Program-made: the position numbers and the translations under genes
Notes under the pieces: model-generated
Told to the model about the DNA's origin: nothing
What the model saw: only the letters and a program-made list of their open reading frames with translations
The model's database searches: none
Part shown: positions 1 to 16,381 of the stretch, in pieces
How positions within the stretch are numbered: the first letter of the stretch is position 1
How the letters are laid out: each line of letters starts with the position of its first letter
Assembly: GCF_059727855.1 (NCBI RefSeq)
Contig: NZ_AP038814.1
DNA: 32,000 bases
Reading direction: 5' to 3' (one strand)

Positions 1-923
1 TGTACGGCCTGTTTTGCCAGTTCCTGCACTTCTTCGTTGGTCAGCGAGAAGATGTCACGCTGTTCCTGCGGTACGTCTTCGATTTTAACCTGCTTGCCGT
101 GCTCCTGGGTCGGCGCGTAAACCATGCGGATTTTTTTCGACCCCATGGTGCGGCGCACGATAGCCGGGCGATTCGCCGCCAGTGTCGGTTTATGCACGTA
201 AAACTCATCCGGGTTAACCGCACCCTGCACGACCATCTCACCAAGGCCCCATGCGGAAGTGATAAACACCACCTGGTCAAAGCCGGATTCGGTATCAATG
301 GAGAACATCACGCCAGATGATGCGAGGTCAGAGCGCACCATCCGTTGAACACCGGCGGAGAGCGCCACACCACGGTGATCGTAACCCTGGTGCACACGAT
401 AAGAGATGGCGCGATCGTTAAACAGAGAAGCAAATACATGTTTCACTGCCACGAGAACGGCGTCAAAACCCTGAACGTTGAGGAAGGTTTCCTGCTGACC
501 GGCAAAAGAAGCGTCCGGCATATCTTCTGCGGTGGCGGAGGAGCGCACCGCAAAAGAGGCGTTTTCGTCATCGGCGGAAAGCTGTGCATAGGCTTCGCGG
601 ATGGCGTTTTCCAGCTCAGGCTGGAAGGGAGTGTCGATAATCCACTGGCGGATTTGCGCGCCCGCTTTCGCAAGCTGAGTAACATCGTCAATATCCGTTT
701 TATCCAGCAGTTCATAAATGCGCTGGTTTACGCCGCTTTGGTCCAGAAACTGGTTAAACGCGTCGGCGGTTGTGGCGAAACCATTCGGAACGGAAACACC
801 CATTCCGGAAAGATTAGTAATCATTTCACCCAGGGAGGCATTTTTGCCCCCAACCCTGTCTACATCATTCATGCCGAGTTGGTTATACCAAAGCACCAGC
901 GGTGACGAGCCATTGTTGGACAT
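1..923 (-). CDS. ppsA: phosphoenolpyruvate synthase, N-terminal part (gene runs off the left edge)
   Basis: Minus-strand translation from the ATG at 923: MSNNGSSPLVLWYNQLGMNDVDRVGGKNASLGEM...; spot checks further in (NVQGFDAVLVAVKHVFASLF, TMGSKKIRMVYAPTQEH) stay in frame to the window edge. Absent from the ORF track because its stop lies outside the window. Confidence 0.97.
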   Translation of the reverse strand, partial: MSNNGSSPLVLWYNQLGMNDVDRVGGKNASLGEMITNLSGMGVSVPNGFATTADAFNQFLDQSGVNQRIYELLDKTDIDDVTQLAKAGAQIRQWIIDTPFQPELENAIREAYAQLSADDENASFAVRSSATAEDMPDASFAGQQETFLNVQGFDAVLVAVKHVFASLFNDRAISYRVHQGYDHRGVALSAGVQRMVRSDLASSGVMFSIDTESGFDQVVFITSAWGLGEMVVQGAVNPDEFYVHKPTLAANRPAIVRRTMGSKKIRMVYAPTQEHGKQVKIEDVPQEQRDIFSLTNEEVQELAKQAV

Positions 924-1008
924 CGAACAATCCTTTTGTGATAAATGAACGGTTTGAGAAACACATTTCTGCGCATTTATCTTTGCATATTTAACCGGAT
1001 GAAAAAAA

Positions 1009-1025
1009 CGGTGAATCGTTCAAGC
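1009..1025. promoter_or_regulatory. putative Cra (FruR) site upstream of ppsA
   Basis: GGTGAATCGTTCAAGC-like sequence resembles the Cra consensus (GCTGAAWCGWTTCAGC) in the ppsA/ppsR intergenic region; ppsA is a known Cra target. Confidence 0.55.
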
Positions 1026-1255
1026 AAATATATTTTTTTACTTTTTAAGACTGATCCCAGCGTTGCGCAAATCTGCTCTCTTCGACAATTTCCACATAAA
1101 CCATCGGTATAAACGAAACCATAAAAATGAAATGCTGTTTTCATAAAAAATAAAATTGAAGGTTCATTTTATAAACCAGACATAACGTTCTACGCTTCTG
1201 TGCGTTTTTAATTTATGCTTTCATAGAATTATGTCTGCATCACGGGAAGAACAAA

Positions 1256-2089
1256 ATGGATAATGCTGTTGATCGCCACGTTTTTTATATTTCTGATGGT
1301 ACGGCAATAACTGCGGAGGTATTAGGACACGCAGTAATGTCACAATTTCCCGTCACTATCAGCAGCATCACGCTGCCGTTTGTCGAAAATGAGAGCCGTG
1401 CACGGGCAGTGAAGGATCAGATTGACGCAATTTATCACCAGACAGGCGTGCGCCCGCTGGTCTTCTACTCCATCGTGTTGCCGGAGATTCGCGCCATCAT
1501 CTTGCAAAGTGAAGGCTTTTGCCAGGATATCGTTCAGGCGCTGGTTGCCCCGCTACAACAAGAGATGAAACTGGATCCAACGCCGATTGCTCATCGTACC
1601 CATGGCCTTAACCCTAATAATCTCAATAAATATGATGCGCGCATTGCGGCGATTGATTACACCCTCGCCCACGATGACGGCATTTCGTTGCGCAATCTGG
1701 ACCAGGCTCAGGTGATCCTGCTCGGTGTTTCTCGCTGTGGTAAAACCCCCACCAGTCTGTATCTGGCAATGCAGTTTGGTATCCGCGCGGCAAACTACCC
1801 CTTTATTGCCGACGATATGGATAATCTGGTGCTACCCGCGTCGCTCAAACCGCTTCAGCATAAATTGTTCGGCCTGACTATCGACCCGGAACGTCTGGCG
1901 GCGATTCGCGAGGAACGTCGGGAGAACAGTCGCTATGCCTCGCTTCGTCAGTGCAGGATGGAAGTCGCGGAAGTGGAAGCCTTGTACCGTAAAAATCAGA
2001 TCCCGTGGATTAACAGTACCAATTATTCGGTAGAAGAGATTGCCACCAAGATCCTCGATATCATGGGCCTTAGTCGCCGAATGTACTAG
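1256..2089 (+). CDS. ppsR: PEP synthetase regulatory protein (bifunctional kinase/phosphorylase, DUF299 family)
   Basis: 277-aa [34 protein letters not shown]... with P-loop-like [11 protein letters not shown]; divergent from ppsA. Confidence 0.97.
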
Positions 2090-2102
2090 AGAACTAGTGC
2101 AT
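2082..2102 (+). promoter_or_regulatory. TrpR operator of aroH
   Basis: TGTACTAGAGAACTAGTGCAT matches the trp operator family (cf. CGAACTAGTTAACTAGTACG); located upstream of aroH and overlapping the ppsR stop codon (TAG 2087-2089). Confidence 0.85.
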
Positions 2103-2245
2103 TAGCTTATTTTTTTGTTATCATGCTAACCACCCGGCGAGGTGTGACACACCTCGCACTTGAAATCAGCAGCGATTGGTTTATCGTGATGCGCATCACT
2201 TCCCGGCAGTCCTGCCGTAGAAGCAACAAATTTCTGAGACTTGTA

Positions 2246-3292
2246 ATGAACAGAACTGACGAACTCCGTACTGCGCGTATTGAGAGCCTGGTAACGCCCG
2301 CCGAACTCGCGCTACGGTATCCCGTAACGCCTGGCGTCGCCACCCATGTCACCGACTCCCGCCGCAGAATTGAAAAAATACTGAATGGTGAAGATAAGCG
2401 ACTGTTGGTCATTATTGGCCCCTGCTCGATCCACGATCTCACCGCTGCAATGGAGTACGCCACCCGTCTGCAGTCGCTGCGCAACCAGTACCAGTCACGG
2501 CTGGAAATCGTAATGCGCACCTATTTTGAAAAACCACGAACTGTTGTCGGCTGGAAAGGACTAATCTCCGATCCAGATTTAAACGGCAGCTATCGGGTAA
2601 ATCACGGTCTGGAGCTGGCGCGCAAATTACTTTTACAGGTAAATGAGCTGGGCGTCCCAACCGCGACCGAGTTCCTCGATATGGTGACCGGTCAGTTTAT
2701 TGCTGATTTAATCAGTTGGGGCGCGATTGGCGCACGTACTACCGAAAGTCAGATCCACCGCGAAATGGCTTCGGCACTCTCCTGTCCGGTAGGTTTTAAA
2801 AATGGTACCGATGGCAATACGCGGATTGCTGTGGATGCTATCCGCGCAGCCCGCGCCAGCCATATGTTCCTCTCGCCAGACAAAAATGGTCAGATGACCA
2901 TCTATCAGACCAGCGGCAACCCGTATGGCCACATTATTATGCGTGGCGGCAAAAAACCGAATTATCATGCCGATGATATCGCCGCAGCCTGCGATACGCT
3001 GCACGAGTTTGATTTACCTGAACATCTGGTGGTGGATTTCAGCCACGGTAACTGCCAGAAGCAGCACCGTCGCCAGTTAGAAGTTTGTGAGGATATTTGT
3101 CAGCAAATCCGCAATGGCTCTACGGCGATTGCTGGAATTATGGCGGAAAGTTTCCTGCGCGAAGGAACGCAAAAAATCGTCGGCAGTCAGCCGCTCACTT
3201 ACGGTCAATCCATTACCGACCCGTGTCTGGGCTGGGAGGATACCGAACGCCTGGTCGAAAAACTCGCCTCTGCGGTAGATACCCGCTTCTGA
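2246..3292 (+). CDS. aroH: 3-deoxy-7-phosphoheptulonate synthase, Trp-sensitive
   Basis: 348 aa from internal ATG: MNRTDELRTARIESLVTPAELALRYPVTPGVA...; DAHP synthase motifs (GPCSIHD, KNGTDGN, DFSHGN). The ORF-track start at 2123 is judged too far upstream. Confidence 0.96.
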   Translation: MNRTDELRTARIESLVTPAELALRYPVTPGVATHVTDSRRRIEKILNGEDKRLLVIIGPCSIHDLTAAMEYATRLQSLRNQYQSRLEIVMRTYFEKPRTVVGWKGLISDPDLNGSYRVNHGLELARKLLLQVNELGVPTATEFLDMVTGQFIADLISWGAIGARTTESQIHREMASALSCPVGFKNGTDGNTRIAVDAIRAARASHMFLSPDKNGQMTIYQTSGNPYGHIIMRGGKKPNYHADDIAAACDTLHEFDLPEHLVVDFSHGNCQKQHRRQLEVCEDICQQIRNGSTAIAGIMAESFLREGTQKIVGSQPLTYGQSITDPCLGWEDTERLVEKLASAVDTRF

Positions 3293-3297
3293 ATGCG

Positions 3298-3323
3298 TGC
3301 CCATTCCTGACGGAATGGGCATT
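3298..3323 (+). terminator. intrinsic terminator-like hairpin after aroH
   Basis: TGCCCATTCCTGACGGAATGGGCATTTCTG: 8-9 bp GC-rich stem just after the aroH stop. Confidence 0.7.
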
Positions 3324-3382
3324 TCTGCGCAACTTGTTGTCTTCTCAACAAATTACTGCTTGCTCTGGTCAGCCATAATATT

Positions 3383-3401
3383 GATAATAAGAATCATTGT
3401 T
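3383..3401. promoter_or_regulatory. putative Fur box upstream of ydiE
   Basis: GATAATAAGAATCATTGTT matches 15/19 of GATAATGATAATCATTATC, about 23 nt upstream of the ydiE ATG. Confidence 0.7.
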
Positions 3402-3423
3402 ATATCAATTATTATTAATTTTT

Positions 3424-3615
3424 ATGCGTTATACGGATAGCAGAAAACTCACGCCTGAAACGGATGCCAATCACAAGACCGCTTCCCCGCAGCCTATTCG
3501 GCGAATTTCCAGCCAGACACTGTTAGGTCCGGATGGCAAACTGATTATCGATCATGACGGGCAAGAATATCTGCTCCGTAAAACTCAGGCTGGCAAGCTG
3601 CTGTTGACCAAGTAG
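3424..3615 (+). CDS. ydiE: HemP/YdiE family small protein
   Basis: 63 aa [63 protein letters not shown]; typical HemP motif SxxLLGxxGxLxIxHxGxxYxLRxTxxGKLILTK. Confidence 0.93.
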
Positions 3616-3618
3616 CCT

Positions 3619-5094
<1,476 letters not shown>

Positions 5095-5117
5095 TTAAAC
5101 ACCAGCAAACAGGAGGG

Positions 5118-5831
5118 TTATCGCTGAACCAACGTCGTTATCTGATTTACAGGAACGGCAGGCCACAGGCATCCCTGGAGAGCATGGAAATCGAAGGGGG
5201 TAATCTGTGCCAATATTTCTGCCGTATCAATGCCTCCCGCAATGATGCAATTGCAACAAGGGGAAATTTGCGCCTGGATCGCACGAATAAACGGTTCGAA
5301 GGAGCGGTGCGTGATTTGTTGCTGAATAAAACTTTTATCCAGCATGACGCGGGTGAAAAGACCATCAAAAACCGCTTTCATTGTGCTATTGCCTGCTCCC
5401 AAATTACCTAACACAAGGGGATACACTTGCGATAAGGATAAAAGACCGCGATTATCTTTTCCTTCATTGAGATGCGGGTAATTCTCATTAATCAACAGTT
5501 CAATAAACGGATATTTTAATAGTTCGCCTGCGTAATTATCCCTCTCTAATAATAATGTAGCCACTTGTGGCGTTAAATTAAGCCAGGCAAAGAGTTTATG
5601 TTGAATAAAAAAATGTTGGCATGATTTTAGTAATTCCAACTGCTCTGAAAATAATTGCCAATGTTGCTCCTCGGTAAGTTGCGCTATAACCCGACTCGTC
5701 GGGATACGCACCGTGCCATCTTCACTGGAGAAATGGGTAATTAACTCAACGCCGACAAGGACTTGCTGGTTGTCTCTTATCGGCAGGAAATAGCAATCAG
5801 AATGATAAAGATTCTCCAAAAAAATCTTCAT
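5118..5831 (-). CDS. ydiV: degenerate EAL-domain anti-FlhDC factor
   Basis: 237 aa MKIFLENLYHSDCYFLPIRDNQQVLVGVELITHF... matches YdiV/RflP, a divergent EAL-like protein. Confidence 0.93.
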   Translation of the reverse strand: MKIFLENLYHSDCYFLPIRDNQQVLVGVELITHFSSEDGTVRIPTSRVIAQLTEEQHWQLFSEQLELLKSCQHFFIQHKLFAWLNLTPQVATLLLERDNYAGELLKYPFIELLINENYPHLNEGKDNRGLLSLSQVYPLVLGNLGAGNSTMKAVFDGLFTRVMLDKSFIQQQITHRSFEPFIRAIQAQISPCCNCIIAGGIDTAEILAQITPFDFHALQGCLWPAVPVNQITTLVQR

Positions 5832-6033
5832 GGTAACCGTCCCTCTCGAAGGATGTTTTTCAGTATCCGGCTAAAAGGGATGAGGCCATAAGACATAACA
5901 ATTACAGAAGGAGTAACTTTCATTTGTTCCATGTTAACCACTTTTTCAGGGGTCCTTTTTTTAGATTATCCTGATTATAAACGAATAATCCATTTACGGA
6001 ATTTTTGTCTGCAAAATACTACTGTATTCAGGA

Positions 6034-6070
6034 GTAAATGGACGGCGATGTATCATCGCCGTCCATTTTT
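6034..6070. terminator. strong inverted repeat / terminator-like hairpin between ydiV and nlpC
   Basis: AAATGGACGGCGATG-TAT-CATCGCCGTCCATTTTT: perfect 15-bp stem with 3-nt loop, T5 on the + strand; lies just downstream of the nlpC stop. Confidence 0.7.
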
Positions 6071-6077
6071 CGACATA

Positions 6078-6542
6078 CTAGATTCGTCTCGCCTGCCAGA
6101 AATTTTTCTGCCAATAGACATTATCAAGTGAGGAACGCATCACTCCCTTGCTGGTAGAGGCGTGGATAAATTGGTTGTTGGTATCGTAAATACCTACATG
6201 CAAACCATTTTGTCCGGACCCCGTTTTGAAAAAGACCAGGTCACCTGGCAGCAACTCGTCTTTATCAATTTGCGTGCCAATAGAGGCTTGTTGTTTGGTT
6301 TCACGGGGCAGCTGCAAATCGAAACGATCGCGCATCGTCACAACCACAAATCCCGAACAGTCCACACCGCGCCGCGTCATGCCACCATAACGATACGGCG
6401 TGCCATGCCAGCTTTGTAGCTGGTCGTTCAAACCGGCAATAACGGTAATCGAATCAGAAAGTCTGGCATTTGGCGGCGGTGCTTTATGGTGGCTACACCC
6501 GGCCAGAAGCAGTGCTGTGATCAAAATAAGGCAGAAACGCAT
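6078..6542 (-). CDS. nlpC: NlpC/P60 family lipoprotein, probable endopeptidase
   Basis: 154 aa MRFCLILITALLLAGCSHHKAPPP (lipobox LLLAGC) with RRGVDCSGFV catalytic Cys and GQNGLHVGIY His region. Confidence 0.96.
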   Translation of the reverse strand: MRFCLILITALLLAGCSHHKAPPPNARLSDSITVIAGLNDQLQSWHGTPYRYGGMTRRGVDCSGFVVVTMRDRFDLQLPRETKQQASIGTQIDKDELLPGDLVFFKTGSGQNGLHVGIYDTNNQFIHASTSKGVMRSSLDNVYWQKNFWQARRI

Positions 6543-6619
6543 TCCGTACGGTTCCTCTGTTTTTTATTCTTGCATTAATTTAGCGTCGTAATTACCCGAT
6601 TTTCAAGATACTAATGAAA

Positions 6620-7369
6620 TCAGATGGTCGAAATCAGCATTCTGTGACCTTCGATATCCAGACGGCGAAAATTCATCCCATAGGCCTGCGCCAGATTTGG
6701 CGGCGTGAGCACCTCTTCCCTGCGTCCACTGGCCAGCATTTTTCCACCTTTTAGCAACCACGCCCGATGCGCATGACGCAATGTGTGGTTGAGATCGTGA
6801 CTGCTCATCACAATCGCCAGTCCTTGCTGACACAGCGCGCTCAGAATTTTGTCTAACGCACTTTGTTGCGCAACATCAAGACTGTTCATCGGCTCATCAA
6901 GAAGCAGCAATTGGCCTGCGGGATTGGCTTGTGGTGTGATTTGCAACACCACCGCAGCAAGACGTACGCGTTGCCATTCACCGCCGGAAAGTTGATTGGT
7001 GCTACGTCCGAGTTTGTCATCAAGAGCCAGCGCCCCTGCGACATCATTCAGTAGTTCGGTACGCGTTTTATCGTGCTGATGCAGTGTCAGGTAGTGCCAG
7101 ACCGGCATTGCAAACGGCGGCGTCTGCTGTTGTGAAAGATAGGCGCGATGCAGCGCGAGTTTTGTTGCGGACCATGCTTCCAGTGGTTGCCCCGCGAACT
7201 GAATGCTTCCCTTACCGCTGGTCATTCCGGCCATTCGCGCCAGTAAGGTACTCTTACCCGCGCCATTCGGCCCCACCAGGTGCAGGATCTCCCCAGCCCG
7301 AACCTCGCCAGAAAGCGGCCCCAGGCGGGTAGATTCCGCAACATCTTGTAACTGCATCACAATAGACAT
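6620..7369 (-). CDS. btuD: vitamin B12 ABC transporter ATP-binding protein
   Basis: 249 aa with Walker [12 protein letters not shown], signature [12 protein letters not shown], Walker [13 protein letters not shown]. Confidence 0.96.
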
Positions 7370-7920
7370 TATTTTGCCAACGCCAGTTTAATGCTTTCCA
7401 TCACAATGGGATCTTCCGGCGTCATATCCGGGGAAAAACGCTGGATGACTTTTCCGTCCCTGCCAACCAGGAATTTTTCAAAATTCCATAAAATATCATC
7501 CGGGTACAGCGGTGCACGGCCTTTGCTGACCATACGGGCATAGAATCCGCTCTCTTCCGGCGCGACTGCGGTCGGCGCTGCGGCAATCAATTTTTGATAC
7601 AGCGGATGGCGTCCTTCGCCATTAACTTCAATCTTACTGAACATCGGGAACGTCACCCCCCATGTGGTGGTACAGTAAGTTTTAATCTCTTCATCGCTGC
7701 CCGGTTCTTGTTCCAGAAACTGGTTGCACGGGAATCCCAGCACCATAAAACCTCGATCGACCCAGGCTTTCTGAATATTCTCCAACTGCTCATATTGCGG
7801 CGTTAAGCCACACTTTGAGGCGACATTGACAATCAACAGCACATTACCGGCGAACTTCTCCAGCGTGGTCACTTCACCGTCGATATCTTTCACTACGGTC
7901 GTCAGAATGGAATCTTGCAT
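7369..7920 (-). CDS. btuE: glutathione peroxidase family thiol peroxidase
   Basis: 183 aa [47 protein letters not shown]... ; GPx signatures LVNVASKCG-like and GFPCNQF. Confidence 0.96.
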
Positions 7921-7982
7921 CGTTTCTCCTGGGTGTGGTCAGTAAAAATCTTAGCTTTTAATCATAGACCGTCTTTTTGCGG

Positions 7983-8963
7983 CTAACGTCTTGCTTTTAA
8001 CAATAACCAGATAAACACCGGCGCACCCAACGTTGCGGTGACCACGCCAATAGGCAGCTCTGCGGCAGCTAATGCCAGGCGCGCTACAATATCGGCCAGC
8101 AGCAATGCGCTCGCCCCTGCCAGCGCGCAGCCGGGAAGTAATACGCGATGATCGGTTAAACCACACAACCGAAGAATATGTGGGATCACCAGACCAATAA
8201 AGCCGATAGCACCCGCCAGCGCCACACTGACGCCAACCATCCAGCCGGTCGCGGCCACCAGCACATTGCGCCAGAACCACAGGGGTAAACCCAGTTGCCG
8301 CGCCGAGATCTCGCCAAGTGCTAACATATTCATCGGCCTGGACTGACAACAGATCCACAACAACACGGGGATCAATGCCAGCATCAGCCAGCTTTGCCGC
8401 CAGTCTACGCCGCCAAAACCGCCCATCATCCAGTACATCAGCTGACGTAAATCAACAGAGGTGGAAAAGTAGATAGCCCACGTCATTAGTGCGCTACAGA
8501 TAATCCCTAATGCAACGCCAGCCAGCAATAACCGACTGGTCGAAAGATGACGACGGGCGAAACGTAAGAGTATTAAAGTGATGATAAGCGCGCCAGCAAT
8601 CGCACACAGCCCTAGCGCCCAGTTGGGGAGTTGCCCTTGCCCAAGCAATACCGCGGCGATAAGCCCCACGCCTGCGCCGTTAGAGACGCCAAGTAGTCCA
8701 GGTTCTGCCAGAGGATTTTCAAACAACGCCTGCATTACAGCGCCGGATATAGCCAGCGCCGCACCAACCAGCAATACAGCCAGCGTACGTGGCAGGCGAA
8801 TTTGCCAGACGAACAGTTCGCCACGAGGAGTAAACCAGTCACCTGGCGAGATCCATTGTTCACCGGCGCAAAGACTTAAGAGAAGCGCCAGCAGCATCAA
8901 AACTGACAGGCATAATAACCAGCGAATATTTTGTCGCTGTTGTTGGCGGTCAAGTGTCAGCAT
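7983..8963 (-). CDS. btuC: vitamin B12 ABC transporter permease
   Basis: 326-aa FecCD-type permease [34 protein letters not shown]... Confidence 0.96.
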   Translation of the reverse strand: MLTLDRQQQRQNIRWLLCLSVLMLLALLLSLCAGEQWISPGDWFTPRGELFVWQIRLPRTLAVLLVGAALAISGAVMQALFENPLAEPGLLGVSNGAGVGLIAAVLLGQGQLPNWALGLCAIAGALIITLILLRFARRHLSTSRLLLAGVALGIICSALMTWAIYFSTSVDLRQLMYWMMGGFGGVDWRQSWLMLALIPVLLWICCQSRPMNMLALGEISARQLGLPLWFWRNVLVAATGWMVGVSVALAGAIGFIGLVIPHILRLCGLTDHRVLLPGCALAGASALLLADIVARLALAAAELPIGVVTATLGAPVFIWLLLKARR

Positions 8964-9024
8964 GGTATCCGTTCTGCTGAAGTGTCATGGCGTTGATTTT
9001 ACGGTGACTCTTCGACAGTGAAAA

Positions 9025-9053
9025 GAAAAAAGGCCGCAGAGCGGCCTTTTTAG
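9025..9053 (-). terminator. intrinsic terminator after ihfA
   Basis: Minus strand: CTAAAAAGGCCGCTCTGCGGCCTTTTTTCTTTT; GC stem with T-run just after ihfA stop. Confidence 0.85.
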
Positions 9054-9063
9054 TTAGATCAGA

Positions 9064-9363
9064 TTACTCGTCTTTGGGCGAAGCGTTTTCGACCCGGCTT
9101 TTTAACTTCTGCCCGGGTCTGAAGGTCACCACGCGCCGTGCTGTAATGGGAATATCCTCGCCCGTTTTCGGGTTACGTCCCGGGCGTTGATTCTTATCAC
9201 GCAGATCGAAGTTACCAAAACCAGAGAGTTTCACCTGTTCGCCGTTTTCCAGAGCGCGACGGATCTCTTCGAAAAACAGTTCAACCAGTTCTTTGGCATC
9301 CCGCTTGCTAAGCCCAAGCTTATCAAACAGATATTCTGACATTTCAGCTTTTGTAAGCGCCAT
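9064..9363 (-). CDS. ihfA: integration host factor alpha subunit
   Basis: 99 aa [73 protein letters not shown]... Confidence 0.99.
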
Positions 9364-9367
9364 AGGT

Positions 9368-11758
<2,391 letters not shown>

Positions 11759-11769
11759 CTATTCCTGCC

Positions 11770-12795
<1,026 letters not shown>

Positions 12796-12963
12796 TTAGA
12801 GCCTATCCCATCAGGCTATTTTACTTGCCATTTTGGTCCCGGGCTGTGCTCGAAATTCTCACGTACTTAAATACGCTCCGGTTTCTCCGCGCTGGCCGTG
12901 TCCAGTCTGGCTGCGACAATTACACCTGATGAGACAGGCTTTTTATTTTTCAAAACGCGCATA

Positions 12964-12992
12964 CAAAAAAAGCCTCCACTGGGAGGCTTTCA
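12964..12992 (-). terminator. pheST attenuator terminator
   Basis: Minus strand: GAAAGCCTCCCAGTGGAGGCTTTTTTTG: stem-loop plus T7, between pheM and pheS. Confidence 0.9.
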
Positions 12993-13036
12993 GGCGCTGT
13001 TTTCCGTTTCTCTTCTCACGCGCTAGCCTCCTGGAT

Positions 13037-13081
13037 TCAGGTGCTAAAGTAAAAAAAGAAGCGGAAAATAGCAGCATTCAT
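13037..13081 (-). CDS. pheM: pheST operon leader peptide (14 aa)
   Basis: Minus-strand translation [14 protein letters not shown], 5 Phe of 14 residues, upstream of the attenuator hairpin. Too short for the ORF track. Confidence 0.96.
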
Positions 13082-13166
13082 TGCTTGCGTTACCTTTTGG
13101 TACTCTTCAAAAGACCTTTATTGAAAAGGCTACGGCGATAAAAGTCAATGTTTTGATGGCGTTGAA

Positions 13167-13196
13167 ACGAAAAGAGGGAGACTAGCTCCCTCTTTC
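13167..13196 (-). terminator. terminator-like hairpin after rplT
   Basis: Minus strand: AAAGAGGGAGCTAGTCTCCCTCTTTTCG, just downstream of rplT stop. Confidence 0.75.
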
Positions 13197-13203
13197 AACT
13201 GGC

Positions 13204-13587
<384 letters not shown>

Positions 13588-13612
13588 TTAAAAAGTTAAA
13601 AACGTTAACGGC

Positions 13613-14452
<840 letters not shown>

Positions 14453-16381
14453 TTATTCCTCCAATTGTTTAAGACTGCGGCTGCGAATCTCTTGTTGCAG
14501 CTTCTCGATCACTTCATTTACGTCCATGCTTCCCAGGTCTTTACCACGGCGGGTGCGAACGGCAACTTTGCCAGATTCCACCTCTTTATCACCACAGACC
14601 AGCATATATGGGACGCGACGCAAAGTGTGCTCGCGGATTTTAAAGCCAATCTTCTCATTTCTCAAGTCTGCTTTAACACGAATGCCCGCATTTGATAGTT
14701 TTTGCGTCAATTCGTTAACGTAATCAGACTGTGAATCGGTAATATTCATGATAACAACCTGAACCGGCGCAAGCCAGGTCGGGAAGAAACCAGCGAATTC
14801 TTCGGTCAGGATACCGATGAAACGTTCCATCGACCCAAGAATTGCGCGGTGAATCATTACCGGTACCTTACGCTCGTTGTCTTCGCCCACATAGGAGGCG
14901 CTCAGACGAGACGGCAAGGAGAAGTCCAGCTGTACTGTACCGCACTGCCATGCACGATCGAGGCAGTCATACAGGGTAAATTCAATTTTCGGACCGTAGA
15001 AAGCGCCTTCACCCAGTTGATATTCAAACGGGATGTTGTTTTCTTCCAGCGCAACCGCCAGGTCCGCCTCAGCACGATCCCACATTTCGTCGCTGCCAAT
15101 ACGTTTTTCAGGACGAGTGGAGAGTTTGACGACGATCTTCTCGAAGCCAAAAGTGCTGTACATATCATAGACTAAACGGATACATCCGTTAACTTCATCG
15201 CGAATTTGTTCTTCAGTACAGAAGATATGCGCGTCATCCTGGGTAAAACCACGCACGCGCATCAGGCCATGCAGCGAACCTGACGGCTCGTTACGGTGGC
15301 AGCTACCAAACTCGGCCATACGCAGCGGCAGATCGCGATAAGACTTCAGCCCCTGGTTGAAAATTTGTACGTGACCCGGGCAGTTCATCGGCTTAATGCA
15401 GTATTCACGGTTCTCAGAAGACGTGGTGAACATTGCATCTTTGTAGTTGTCCCAGTGACCGGTTTTTTCCCACAGGACACGGTCCATCATGAACGGACCT
15501 TTAACTTCCTGATACTGGTACTCTTTCAGTTTAGAACGAACAAACACTTCCAGTTCACGGAAAATGGTCCAGCCGTCGTTGTGCCAGAATACCATACCCG
15601 GCGCTTCTTCCTGCATATGATACAGGTCGAGTTGTTTACCGATTTTACGGTGGTCGCGTTTCGCGGCTTCTTCCAGGCGCTGCAGGTAAGCGTTAAGTGC
15701 TTTTTTGTCTGCCCACGCCGTACCGTAAATACGTTGCAACATTTTGTTGTTGCTGTCGCCACGCCAGTAAGCCCCTGCCGTTTTCATTAGTTTGAAATGA
15801 TGGCAGAAACGCATGTTCGGTACGTGCGGACCGCGGCACATATCGACATATTCTTCATGGAAGTACAGACCTGGCTTGTCATCATGGGCGATGTTTTCGT
15901 CAAGAATGGAGACTTTGTAGCTCTCCCCACGGTTGGCGAAAGTTTCACGCGCTTCGTGCCAGCTGACTTTCTTCTTAATGACGTCGTAGTTTTTCTCAGC
16001 AAGCTCATGCATCCGCTTCTCGAGTGCTTCGACATCTTCCTGGGTTAACGTGCGGTCAAGATCAACGTCGTAATAAAAACCGTTGTCAATAACCGGGCCG
16101 ATTGCCATTTTGGTATGCGGCCAAAGTTGTTTAATCGCGTGCCCTAACAGGTGCGCACAGGAGTGACGAATGATCTCCAGACCTTCTTCGTCTTTCGCGG
16201 TAATGATCGACAGTTGTGCGTCGTTTTCAATCAGATCGCAAGCATCAACTAGTTCGCCATTAACGCGCCCTGCGATACAGGCTTTCGCCAGACCTGGACC
16301 AATGTCCAGCGCAACATCCATGGGGCTTACAGCGTGATCGTAATGGCGTTGGCTGCCATCAGGAAGAGTTATAACAGGCAT
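14453..16381 (-). CDS. thrS: threonine--tRNA ligase
   Basis: 642 aa [49 protein letters not shown]...; class II aaRS motifs. Confidence 0.99.

Noticed and set aside
443-715. 90-aa minus-strand ORF in the ppsA region
   Set aside because: Same strand as ppsA but different frame; the ppsA frame gives the conserved protein.
345-905. 186-aa + strand ORF
   Set aside because: Fully antisense to the recognised ppsA coding sequence; shadow ORF with no family resemblance.
5931-6131. 66-aa + strand ORF between ydiV and nlpC
   Set aside because: It reads through the strong 6034-6070 hairpin and into the nlpC 3' end, with no recognisable similarity; not supportable as a gene.
7369-7920. btuE as a vitamin B12 transport component
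   Set aside because: Despite its name and place between btuD and btuC, the sequence is a glutathione-peroxidase-type enzyme, so a transport role is not claimed.
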